64,000 nt of DNA, taken from the NCBI RefSeq assembly GCF_964355755.1, contig NC_092675.1, forward strand, positions 3,281,812 through 3,345,811, in the 5' to 3' direction. Positions 51,247-64,000 of this stretch are shown piece by piece. The position numbers were made by a program, and so were the translations under genes. Numbering within the stretch: the stretch's first letter is position 1; each line of letters opens with the position of its first letter. The notes below the pieces were generated by a model. That model saw only the letters and a list, made by a program, of their open reading frames with translations, ran no database searches and was not told where the DNA came from. This DNA comes from Antedon mediterranea. Its lineage: Eukaryota; Animalia; Echinodermata.

Positions 51247-51443
51247 AGCGTGGTTCCCACTAGAACGCAGCGCAGCGACGTATTGACGCAAAGTGATGTA
51301 CTGCGTAATCACAAGTGGGAACCGACGACGCAATACTTCTGAAAAAATCGCAGGTTTGATTTCACGCAGGCGGGGGCAAACAAAATTATTGGAAGGGCAT
51401 TTTCTTACGTTTGGTAGGTTGCGTCGCTAGTGGGAACCAAGCT
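51247..51443. mobile_element. Complete subtype-B Harbinger-like MITE
   Basis: TIRs agcgtggttcccactag / ctagtgggaaccaagct, with TTA on both flanks. Further partial family members lie at ~30291, 51557, 54892 and 60571. Confidence 0.88.
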
Positions 51444-52928
51444 TTACCTTCATGGTACTACCTTATTATGGATTACTTTCAGAGACTAGCGTTTATAATC
51501 CTCGCTTAAATCTAAGTCTCACAAAAAAAGTTGATGGAAACGACGCCGTTCACTAAAGCTTGGTTCCCACTTGGACATAACATGGTGACGTAGGCGCAAA
51601 ACGCAAGTTTACAAATCACAAACGACAGTCTGTCGTCACCGTGGCTGTTCCCCCTCTTCCATTTAAATATGAACATTTACAATCATAAACATAGATAAAA
51701 GCGCGTGTATGTACGTGTTTTACGCATTTTAATACAAAGGTTATATAGAGTGCGTGATGGGTAGCTAAGCCTTGAGTCAGATACGTCAAATATTTGAATT
51801 GGAATTGAGCCAGTCTTACAAGTGATTCACTACTTTCAAGTTCATCCGTAACCTAATGTAATAATTGTGAATGACGATTGCGTAAAACCAACCCCTGGGT
51901 AAAGATGAGTACCTTAAGTATTGTTAATTGAATTGGATTTAGAATGGGATTGCTGCATTTGGTGAAATGGTTTCGTTGTTTAATAAAACTATAATTAGGC
52001 CTTCATTAGCGAACTTTTTATTGTTGTAGGCCTACAGTCAAATATTTTTATATTTCCAATTTTAAATAATATCGATTTTAGCCATTTTGCGTACGTGTAT
52101 ATCTTGAATGTGTAATTACTTATGTTTTATGATGGCAATAAATAAATAAATAAATCACATTATCAAATATATAGATCCAGTGTGGTAATTAAATTGTAAA
52201 GTATTGGTTGAAGATTCAACAAAAATGTCAAGTACAACATTGTTATGTTATCATGTATTGTATGTTCATTTTGACTGAATGAATAAATGAATGAATGAAA
52301 GAAAGTATGGAACTTTGTGTAAATAGTGGGCAACTATTCGCGTTTATTTATATGTTACCATTTAGATGCTTTTACATTAAACAACACTATTGTACTTTAT
52401 TGAACTCCGTGATCAGTACCTCTACCGTAATTAATCTATATGTTTTATGGGGGAGGGGGAGATTGAATTTCAATATTATTTCCACCATGAATCTTGTACT
52501 ATCTTATTATATACTGGCTTGAGATTCTTCTAAATGTTATTATGCCTATCAAACTGAAAGTCTAAAGTTCACATAGAAACGAAACCCCTTTTGATAGTTT
52601 ACTAATTATGATAATTAGGTTAGAATAAGGAAATCTGTCATTGTTAATACTTCCGTAGAAATTTGTTTCTTTTATTTTAGGCTGAATGTTTCACGGGTTT
52701 AATGTAATTGCATGGATCCGTTCTAAAGTTTCCATCTTCTTATGCACGACACTTTTTAAAAGTTGTTTCCATCTCAGACTACCTAATATTTTCTTGGTCT
52801 TTCGTGTCGTACCACATCCATTCAAAGTGGATATATCTCTGAAGAAAACTATTGCACTACAATCTTGAAATAATAAAAAGATATAATAAGTAATAATAAT
52901 AAAAATAAGAAGTTGAATTTTTGTTTTT

Positions 52929-53042
52929 TTGTTGATCTAATAGATCGAAAGTACTAAAAATGTAACCAAGATCAACAGTCTACTTGAGAAAGTAAAGTGA
53001 TTCGTCGTTATGTTTAGTACTTTCGATCTATTGGATCAACAA
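52929..53042. repeat. Inverted repeat with ~30-bp arms
   Basis: ttgttgatctaatagatcgaaagtactaaa / tttagtactttcgatctattggatcaacaa. Confidence 0.85.
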
Positions 53043-55978
53043 TAAAGAAACATTTCTCTTCTGTAACTATTGCACTATATGAGTCTTTTGAGATACTAAT
53101 TTTTTGATACTCATCGTCTTGATAAGAGATTGCTTTCTGGTACATTTCCTTCATGAAGGAATTAATATAAAATAACTCCCAAATGGAGTCTCAAAGATTA
53201 TGACGTAGTTAAGGTGACATTTTAACTTCTTGACGTCATTTATTTATAACACGTTTGATCAGATACAATCATTCCTTTGCTCTCAATTCTTACGACCTCA
53301 AAAAAGTTTCATAAGTATTACAAAAACAAGGGCATATATTGCACATGGCTGCAGTCGCGTGCGCTAATTTGAGTTAGTGTTTACCGACCAACCCACCGAC
53401 ATAGTGAGATAGAGTCGCGTTGCATGCGCGTGACTAAAAATAACTTCATTTTGGAACTATTTCATAAAAGCACATTCATCAATTATAAAATTATTAAAGT
53501 TAAACATAACGGAAAGTAAATAATGATTAATAGTGTGATGTGCTAGATGAACTGATAAAATGTCAAAAATACTTAAATGATAGAAACAATACTATTAGAT
53601 CATGTAAATTCAAGAACAATATGATTATCAATACTCGAATGTTTGCCAAAATGTTATATCATGACTTAGCATAGAAACATTGAGTACATGTGCGAATTGA
53701 TCATTCATAGTATCAAACCAAACATATTACTTTGGGAAATGTTTTCTTTCATATCTAAATTTTAAATTTTTTTGTCAAAGTAGGCCTGCAAAATCATTTT
53801 CTTCTAATGATAATAATTAAAAATAGATTTTTTCTTCTATTTCCTAGTGTCTATATTTTAAATGTGTTTATGTCAATTTTATAAAATCGTATGCAATATT
53901 TTAATGTAATTTGTTATGCTCTCATTTCAATGATTTAAAATATACTTACTTACTAGTAACCTACTCACAATTTAATTTGTATTTTGCAAGAGTAAGAAAT
54001 AAAATTTGAAAATAATATACAAAAAAGTGGAAAGTTTGATTGTCCATGTGGAATTGTAAGTTTGGTATTTCAGCACGTGGCACAGGGTAATTATAGGGAT
54101 CGACGTGTGACACGTCAATGGTTGATGACACCTAGCAATGCATCATGGGATCAATATAAGCTTAATACAAACTCATCTAGGGTTCAGTATTTTGAAATGA
54201 CTCAGTTCAAGTCTGGAACCAAGCTGGACCAGCTGACATCATCATTATATCATTTTCCTCAGTCATAGTCGTAATATTATTCACAGATTATAGGGCATTA
54301 ATTCATTTTTCCAATGGTAAATCAAGATATACAAATTTAAGTGGTTTTTATAATAAATATATAATTTACATATTATATATAATTTTGTTTATTAAAACAA
54401 ATACTCCAATACTGAATACTGATCCAGCATAGTATCCAAAGGGATGTTGTGTTAAAATAGTATTGTCGCTCAGTTCATTTCCCGGGAAAGTGATCCCTAA
54501 GCGGGGTTAGACTTTAGTTCGAATACATTCGTTCGCCTCTGCAAAATGCAAAATAACTAAATCGATATAAAAAAAATCAATATCATTGCAAACTAACAGG
54601 ATTTTACGCACACATGTCAAATTATATCAACAATGAGAAATACTTTTTACCCGCGTCGCGTGCAAACGCGACACTACAGCTTACTATGTCGGTCGGTTGG
54701 TCGGTCTGTAAACACTAACTCAAATTTAAGCACGCGACTGAAGCCATGAATAATGGCCTCGTTTTAGATATGGATCTGTTCTATACAATTCTCCTCAATA
54801 TCACACCCCTTCACTCTCCTCAGCAATTAAAACAAATTAAACTAGGCCTTATCATTTGTAATTATCGATATACTAAACATATTACAGTACAGCACTTTGC
54901 GTCGATACGTCGCTGCGTTGCGTTCTAGTGGGAACCAAACTTATAGCTTAGAACCAGCTCACTGAAAAGTGAATTAGAAGACCTGATCAGAATGACTACA
55001 CATCGTTATAATGTTTCGGAAATTGGAAGCTTTTCTATTTCATTAAAAGTAATACTTTGACACAGATAATTGTGCATCTGCTGTTCGATATGACGAACAC
55101 AAGAATTTGTGATGGTATAATAGGCCAACACGAAATACAGTTTCTTTATTTGGGCTTTAAAGTAATATTTCTAGTACACACATATTTTAATTTAAGTTTT
55201 AACGAAAGTTGTTTGTTGCATATATAGTTTTTTTCAATTGAGTAATGGTAATGTGCAAAGTAAACAAAACCCGAGTCTATTTTAGTCGCGTGCAAACTAT
55301 GTCGGTCGGTTGGTCGGTCGGTCGGTTAGTCGGTATACACTAACTCAAATGTAAGCACGCGACTGCAGCCAAGTATATGGCCTTGTTTTCACTTAGGAAT
55401 GTTGCTTTAAAATCCGTAGCATGAAGTTTTCTTTTAATTTTTTCTAAGATATTATCCGTTTGAATCAACAGCTTCTATTTGTTTCTCTAAAGACATTTTG
55501 GGCATAACGATTCTTTACGTACTGTATTGGTAATACATTTTTATACTAACAATAATAATATAAAATAATTGATGAGTCATCAGTAATCTGGCGTCCGAAT
55601 TAACATAAGCGAAACAATATTATAAAGATATCTCTACATTTTTTTGCATTAAAATAAATTGAATTCAATTTAAAAATAAATTTTAAAAACCTGTTTAATC
55701 AATGTCAATATCAGTATGTTTCAATATCGACACATTAAATATAATAATATAGGTTATCATTTTCAGTTATTAATTTATTTCTTTATACTTCTTTTCCACA
55801 AAAGAAATTACCTTTATGCCCCTTGTTAACATCATCAGATTCTGATTATTTGAGGTATACGTTTGTGACAACACGAGTCTGACTCACAGTGGTATATCCA
55901 TAACCTATGACCCCTTATGTAGTAAAAACCGGGGGTGTGTAAAGCCCGGACTTGAATGTCATTGGATGGTGACTGATC

Positions 55979-55988
55979 TTTATAAGCA
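55979..55988 (+). promoter_or_regulatory. Candidate TATA box of the downstream membrane-protein gene
   Basis: TTTATAAG ~100 bp upstream of the ATG at 56085, which has an A-rich context (caaaATG). Positional inference only. Confidence 0.4.
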
Positions 55989-56084
55989 GTACTTTTTAGA
56001 GGGAGGAGGCAGTCTTGTGTTGTTGCCGGCCACACTGTAAGTAACTTCATTTACCGTCACATCTGGATATCAAACTCCAACAAA

Positions 56085-58847
56085 ATGAAATTCGTCGTAC
56101 TCCTAGTCGCTCTTGCACGTAAGTAAAATTTATCATTATAATTATTAATTATATAAAAGTAGTAAATGTTTTCTAATAATACTAATGTAGTTATTTATAT
56201 TATAATATCATTTTTCCACTGTCAAATATATTTCTACTGTATTTTTATAATTATAATATTAATATAATATCATTGTTAATGATGAGTTAATACTAATTAT
56301 TTAAAATGTTACTGCAATTTTTAATAATTTCATTTCATTTTTTTGGAATTAGTTAATTATTCATTACCGCTTTTAAACTAAAATAATCAAAAAGACATGA
56401 ACAAGGAAATCAACTTGTATAAGACTAAGAATCCATTCCAACCACTACACGTAGACAAATTTTCACTAAATCAAAATGTTATAATATGTTGGTTCCATTT
56501 TTTAAAGATAATTTAAGATTCTTTTTTTTAATATCTTGTAAAAAAGAAGTAATTCAAATTATGCCTGCTGATTGTTTTAGTTGATATGTCTTGTATTTTG
56601 GTAAGTTAGAAAGGTTGCCAGAGTAAAAGAAGAAACCTTCTTACCTTTTTCAAAACTTGTATAGATTTCAATCTGGAGATTATGTCTATCGATTTCATTT
56701 TATCTCAATAGTGATACCATTACAACTTTTCAGATAAAAAAATATAGGCCTACTCTTCCACCTGTATTGAAATAATAAAAATATTTAAAAAATAAACAAC
56801 AACATCTACTGTTACCTACAGACTTTTTCTAAAACAGCTTTTAAAGATGACGTTGATTTAGATCAGATTTTAGGTGAAGTTGAAGTTTTGATGCCGGAAA
56901 TGTGTTCTAATGAAACGGAACATTAAAATTATTATAATAAATTATATGTAACGCCTTTTCAATAAGCTTGAATCAACACTGATTAATATTGTCTATTCAT
57001 TTAATGGTGGGATTAACAACAAAAGTTTGTATGAGTAGCTCTTGACTTTAACTTTATACGCTTAGAATTGAGTCAACGAAAATTGCATTTTTGACATTTC
57101 CGATTGTTGAAATATAATAATTAACTAATGATGATTATTATAGTCCAAATTAGTTGACATACTATTTTTTTATATAAAATTTATATAAACTGAAAAGTAA
57201 TTTAATAATTTAGGAACGATAGAGATGGGAGTATTTAAATAGCGCCTCTTTTTCGATTTTTTTTTTATGTTTTTAAAAAACTCTTATCAAACTCATTAAT
57301 TTCGTTCAATGAGATTAAATGTTACCAAATTATCAATAGATCATCATAGTAAATTGTCCATAATAAATTAATAATAATAAAATTTAATTTGTTTAGATCT
57401 TTTTAAAGCTAATTTCCACTCACGAGATCGTGATTAAATATGAAATTAAGATATTAATAAATATTATTCTGAATAAGTATTCAATTATTTTATTATGATC
57501 ACCAGATTACATTAATCCTAAATGTTTCATACAGTTTGTATGATAGCGAATATTGTGGAAGTAAAAAATTACATAATAATATGGTGTTGAACGTTAGCCA
57601 AGTGCGGTTTCTTCGTCTTTGGTACAGTCAGGCACTAACTTAGCTCCCAGGGTTGCCAGGAAATTGTCCTGAATTGATAGAAAACTGTTTTATTGAGTCA
57701 CTTAATCGTTACCTTAGTAACGGTAACACATTTGACGTCACCATTTTATCCAGTTTTATCAAGAATATTTGTATCCGTTAACTTAAAAATCAAAATAATT
57801 TCTGTTTCATCACCTTCAATATTTGTTTTCTTCCTGAAAGTTAGAAATTATCTAGATTAGTTTTTGTTAATTTGTGTAATTATACACTGCAGCTTGATTT
57901 TATTTCTTTTAGTTTATGTTAATTGTTTTTATGTTAATTGTTTTTACTGAATAAAGATATCAATATGTTTATATGGTCATATAACAACATTTTTCAAAAG
58001 GCCTACAGTATTTTATTAGCTAAAATTGAGATATGTTTGTGTTTACAGTATTAATTTTTACTTTTGATTTAAGACAATACTATTATTTAGCATACATATT
58101 ATGTTTTTATTCTTCAATAAAAGTTTCTGTTTATCTTCAACAGATGTTGTTCTTAGTCAAGACACTTCGACAACACCAATTCCACCATTTCGAGACACTA
58201 ATGTAAATGGTGTCAATGCTGGGAATATGAATGGATTAGGAAATCCAGGAAACTTGAACCCAGGCAACATGAACCCAGGCAATATGAACCCCGGCAACAT
58301 GAACCCAGGCGGAGTCAATAACTATCCAGTAGGAGTAGGAACTGGTGGTGGTGGTGGATCTACAACAGTTATCCCTGGTTTCGGTATCAATGTTGCAGGT
58401 CAAGCAGCCGGTATCACTGCTGGTGCATCAGTAGTCGGTGGTGATGATAGTTCCAGTAGTGAGGAGAATAGCGAACTTGATCTTCCAGGAAACGGTATTA
58501 GCAGCGTCGTCGGTGGAGCTGCCGTAGAGGAAGGAGATAGCCCAGACACACCAGACGCAGTAGATGGCGGCGGTAATATGAACGCAGGAGCAGGCATGGG
58601 TGCTGGAACAGGAGGTAACGCTAATGTTGGACGAGGTGATACAGAATTTAACGACATTGGTGATACACCAGATAACGATGCTCAAAACATGGTTGATGCT
58701 GATATGGGATCACAGGTTGGAAAATCATCTACCGGTGCAACTGCAGGAATTCTAATTGCAGTTGTTGCCGTCGTAGCTGCAGCTGCTGGTATCGGTATTT
58801 ACGTCGTAAAACAACGACGAAATGCTTTCTCAGCCAGCAATGTATAA
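56085..58847 (+). CDS. Gly/Asn/Asp-rich single-pass membrane protein (245 aa), P16-like architecture
   Basis: Exon 56085-56118 (MKFVVLLVALA, donor C|GTAAGT) splices in phase 1 to 58144-58847 (acceptor tcaacag), giving signal peptide MKFVVLLVALAHVVLS-QD. It is followed by NPGNM repeats, an acidic Gly/Ser region, TM GILIAVVAVVAAAAGIGIYVV and short tail KQRRNAFSASNV. Confidence 0.85.
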
Positions 58848-60287
58848 GAACTTTTTATTTTAAAGACTTTTTTCTAATTTCTGTTCCATGCGTATGTACG
58901 TATGTATGTGTATCTATCTTTGCTATGTAAATAAATAACAAGTTAATAATATAACAGATGTCCATCAACTGCAATTTGAAATTGTCAAGACTGTGAACAT
59001 TAGCAGGTCTATAGTTTTTCTTGTAAGGTAACATATAAATAACAAGTATCTGTGTCAAATATGTATTACAGAGATTTACTAATATTCATATAATATGAAC
59101 ATTATTAAAGTTGTATTGTTCCATGAAAAAAAATGTATGAAATGCCATTTTAATATCACATAATAGGACAATACATCTTTAAATTTATATAACAATTAGG
59201 TAATTTTTGTTGAAATGTATACTTATCTTATAAAAATAACCAACAACCACTATTTTCATTATTTTCAGTCATCATATCAATATTATTGTAAAATTAAATT
59301 CCATTTTTAACAGTTTATTTTTAATTATGGATGTATATAGTTCTATTTTTCTACTTAAAACTTGAGGGCATAATTGAATTCTGTCTGGTGAAAGGTTTCT
59401 TAATTTATTTGTTTTCTTTTTTTTTTTAATTGACTTGAATTTTATTATCATTTTGTTTTTTCTTTAGAACTTAGTAGAATGTAGTAAACTTATGTAAATC
59501 CATGGCAATTATGAACAACACATATTAACACAATAGGCTTTCTATACGATTTTTAAAAATCTTATTTTAGATATTTTCGAATATATGTAAACTAAATCTA
59601 TGTTAATTCTATACAGGTACAGGAATAAATTTGCCTTATAAGGAAGGTCGGCTATCCTTATTATTCAAAACCAAACTGATATGTATTCAATAGTAGGCCT
59701 ACTCCCATTTGAATGTTAAATATTATTCTATGGTTACAATGAACGCCGTATTGGCAGTAACACATTAATTAGATCATAAAAACGCTTCTTTAATTGGAAG
59801 ACGAAGAAGAAAATTACTAAAAGTAGATCATGTATCTTTATATACAACAGGTATTGTCGAATAACTACTATATTGCTGACAAATTTAATAATAAATGAAA
59901 AAGCAATAGTTAATTTTCGATAAATAGAAATGAAAACGAAATAGATAAGCCTACAGTGGTTATGCCATTATGATTTGATAAGGTATTAATACTCGAAAAA
60001 GTACTTTGTTTCGTTTATGTTAATTACCGTAGCCTACGTCACTTTTCTATTTGAAGACAACGGTGGTAGTTGATGTTGATGATGATGATGATGACGGATT
60101 GTATTGAACAACTACCAACATGTACGACGGTGGTTCTAGCTTCCAGACAAATAAAATCGAGGACAAAAAGATCTATTATATAACAGATTTGTAACTTAAA
60201 TTAAGAAAAATATAAGCAAGAAGCAATCTTGGTTTTTATTAGACGATATTTGTTGTTGCTGCTGATTCGACAGCCTTTTCAGGAAGG

Positions 60288-60402
60288 GATGGGAGCGGCA
60301 CCCATACCTTTTTTTTAAAGAGAGCTGATGGGAGCGGCAACCTATACTTTTTATTAAGGGAGCTAATGGGAGCGGCAACCCATACTTTTTTTAAGAGAGC
60401 TA
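60288..60402. repeat. ~39-bp tandem repeat, 3 units
   Basis: atgggagcggca(a)cc(c)atac-(t)n-aagagagct repeated three times. Confidence 0.85.
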
Positions 60403-63400
60403 TAGGGTTGATACAGACTCATCAATCAGGAAGAAAGGATATTAGGTAGGGAGGACGACATTTTTATTGAAATTATGGTGGAAGTAAAGATTACTGTATT
60501 ATTGATTATACTATACTTATAATACTGTGTACTGAGTTGTAATACTAAGATTGCGTATAGTGATTATAATGCTTGGTTCCCACTAGAGATGCAACACAAG
60601 GACGTAACGCAACGTTAGTGAGTTGACCAATCACCAACCTATGAATTCGTCCGTCTTTCTAACCCATCTATCCATCTTTCTGTCAATTCATTTATTCAAC
60701 CTTTCGTCCATTTATGATTTATCGCAGTCTATTCATTAAAACGTGAAGTTTTCGTTTTCCTTCATATTCCTCCATACACATCCAATCATGCCTACATTCA
60801 ACTGTTCATTTGTGTGTTGTACACTTTCTTCATTCAATCATTGTTGGTTCATTCGTTTTTTGTAACAGATGAAAGAAAGAAAATAAATGTTTACGTTGAA
60901 TTGAATTGAATCATTAACCCAGCTTAATATAAGCTTTCCTAATTTCCGTTAATTCATCTAATACCATTTTAATTAGGTTGTAGTCCAGACAGAGTCTGAG
61001 TATTATCATGGGACATTACAATCCCATGTGAAACAGATTTACAAATTTAAATCTACAAAAAAAAAATCATCTTTCCATATTCATTTAAGCCGTCATTTGA
61101 TTGGTTAATTTTGTATCACGACATGTGCATTATCTGTTAAGTTATTCAACACGATGGAAGTGGAGGTTTAATTGAATGGGTTATACTACTTGCATTCATT
61201 CATCCTATACTCGGCTCCGCTGCACCTCGTCAAAATAGTAAATCTTTCATCTAAAGGAAATATTCTCCACTATTTAACACATAAACATTCACCAATATTG
61301 TATATATACCAATTTTGATTTGCGACGACCGGCGACCGGCGACCTAGCACATAAGATGTGTCGGTCTTCCGGACCTATAGACACCAGCAAAACTTTCTCC
61401 AGAAAGCACGTCAATTCCTTCTCGCATGCACATGATGGATTTCCTAACTTGTTAGATGGTCGTCGGTCTTTGAATCAAAAGCTCAAACAAAATATATCAA
61501 GGAAAAAGTGTATCCTATCATACTTAAGAATATTTGCCTTCTATAGCCTAAACCCGATCCATGTCTTGTCTTAATTTAGTAATGAATCATAATAAATATA
61601 TATATATAATAATAAATATGCCTAAGACAATTAACAGTATCAATTTTCAAGGACTCATTAGATTTATTTTTCTATGTATTTTCTGAGAAAGACTTATTCT
61701 TTATTTCCATTCTAAAAGAAGTATGATAAATAAGCATAATAGCATACAGGCCTACAAAGGGAAAAATAGAATGGGAAGGGGGAATCTCAGAAGCAGGGCT
61801 TATAAAATGTAGAAACCTCCTGTTACCAAAATATATATTTGAAAAATGGCATAGGCTACTCGTTTAACAGAGTAAATAAAGAAATGTATATTTAATTTAA
61901 TTGAAATTGTGAAGATGTATATTCCTGGGCTTTGTATTCGACGACACAACCCTGTTTATAATGAGCACGTGGGCTACGTTCAAATTTACAGCACGTTTAA
62001 TTGATTTAATTTCCTGTCAATATTGTGCATTGACTAATTAGTATTTGTGTATGAAGGTTTTATCACTCGTGTAGGCCTACTGGCTGGGTTAAAATGGGAA
62101 CCCCCTTGAACCACTCTTGAACACGTCACACTTGATAGATACTTTCTTGGGTTTTTTTGCCTCTTTCATTTTTTATATAACTGAATCACCTTTTTCATAC
62201 ATTATGATTTACTGTATTATAGCTCTAAAAAAATATAAAACATCAGAAATTATAATGTTTTACTCAAATATGAATATGAAGGAAATAAATGTTTATTTAT
62301 TATTTGGACATAAAAAAAACAAACTTAATTTTCACGGTTCATAAAATCTTCTCCTTAAGCCTATATATACTCAAAAGATGCAGTATATTCTACGAATTAG
62401 AATTAATGAGAGGAATTGTAAGTTATCAAACATTGATGGGAAAATGTCCAAAATGGATGTTGCCTGAATAAGGGTGTCTCAACAATTATTCCTTTTAGGA
62501 CTTTTTTGTATTGTGTTTTTTGATTGGGATTCAGCATTTATAATTCGATTATAAATAGCGTGTGCGACGCATTGTGGGTTTGGGAGCAAAAACGTGACGA
62601 CATGCTTGTACGTGATTTGTTGTTTGTATATATACGCGTCGTGACGTTTGCTCCCAAACACTTCCCATCATGCATTGTATTGTGCAATGACGTTCCTCAC
62701 GCTGGACATAAACTAAACGTCATCAAACGATTTAGACTTATAGGTATACAGAAAAAACGGTTCCAGACGTGCTACCTCTGCGCTTGATAATAAAAAATAT
62801 AGGCCTACAAATTCTAACTCGTGAGACAAAGTCCCTGGGCTTTACTTCATTCATGATATTGCCAGGAACAAGGGTTAAAAATAAGAATGTTAAAGATAAC
62901 GATTGATTAACGTGTTGATGTATATATTTTCATAGACAGAGAGAATGTTTTTTCATGATAGCAAATGTACGCGGAAGTACTACATAGGTCAAATAAGTAA
63001 ATTAAAGATGTCCTGTCTTGTGTGGAAATAGATAAGTGTCTATAAATAAGAAAGAAGTTCATTCACGTAGTAAACAGTCGTTGAAAACGCATTTATGTAA
63101 CTGAAAGATTATTAGTCTTTTCTTCATTCATTCTTGAAGCAAATAACTTACTATGTGTAGATCCCTAATTAAGTATCACTGTTTGTTTAGATGATGTTTG
63201 GCGTTTCTATGAGTTTATATTTTATTCTAACAAATTTGATAATCTTGGGCCTGTAGGGCCTACTTCACTCTAAATAAAAGCTTTTGTTTACTAACAAAAC
63301 TTAACAAGCGCGAGTATGGAATGTTTCAAATGTATAAACATTATTTTATGACAGTTTACATGTCCACGTTGAATGTACTTCGTAAAAAAACTCGTGTTAT

Positions 63401-64000
63401 TATTAAGTTAAGAATATAAACTTTTATAAGGTCAGAACTGTCATTTTGTAGGCCTATATTCTTTCATTTTAAGAAATCCTAGTAAATGTCTTGTCTTTTC
63501 ATATTATTATTGTTTGTGCTGAGTGTTCTAAAACTGTCTGTATGAGGGGCCATTTCATTATTATTTTAAGCCTACTCCATTTTTTAATACACGGATTATC
63601 AGAAGAATCTTGTTTTCTGCATATAGTTATCATTTGCTTATTTCATTTGCTAGCTTTAACTTTTAAGAACTAGTTAAATCGTTTTTGTTGGGCACCGATT
63701 TTTTGTATTTTTAGAAAAGGACTAGAAAAGAATTGTGTTGGGCGTCGACCTTTGGGTAGAACTTCACCTTTTTATTCGCTATAGAATGTTACACATTTAA
63801 TCTCTAATATCATTTAATTATTGGTTTTAAATGTGTAAATCACAAACAACAAAAGCCTGTTATAAAACCCTTGTGCGAGTTTTTCATAATCAAACAAACA
63901 AAATTGTTTTAATTTGAAATTCAAGGACTCATTGGGTTGTGTGCTTCTGATCAATTCATTTGTGTCGAGAACGTTTTCTAATAAAATAATACAGGCCAAC

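Noticed and set aside
43000-58100. TAATNNNATTA (Alx1-type) homeodomain sites near the P16-like gene, e.g. ~44230
   Set aside because: Expected by chance in DNA this AT-rich; cannot be supported without ChIP, ATAC or conservation data.
58400-58685. Antisense ORFs within the membrane-protein exon
   Set aside because: Shadow ORFs of a GC-richer coding exon.
61320-61574. GC-richer patch with an 84-aa ORF
   Set aside because: Non-ATG start, no recognisable domain and no clear splice sites; probably a repeat remnant.

Overview
AT-rich, intron-containing animal genomic DNA, not prokaryotic. A marine invertebrate deuterostome such as an echinoderm is my inference, not established. Spliced by hand, the window holds: (1) a tandem cluster of three DHRS11-like short-chain dehydrogenase loci on the minus strand: one intact 7-exon gene (252 aa), one rearranged copy that lost exon 5 and carries three tandem in-frame copies of exon 6, and one frameshifted orphan exon 1; (2) a 5'-truncated LINE and an intronless 468-aa ORF of unknown function; (3) a 6-exon aquaglyceroporin (286 aa, NPA/NPARD) with a GC-AG intron, whose first intron holds a 2.2-kb TIR transposon and a 1.7-kb 29-bp minisatellite; (4) a ~17-exon type-I membrane protein gene with five MAM domains and an NPxY tail; (5) a repeat-rich intergenic stretch with nested Helentron/HINE-like elements and many Harbinger-like MITEs; (6) a 2-exon Gly/Asn/acidic single-pass membrane protein resembling the echinoderm P16 biomineralisation proteins. 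The palindrome TAGGCCTA is strongly over-represented. All coordinates and family assignments were made by eye, with no database searches.
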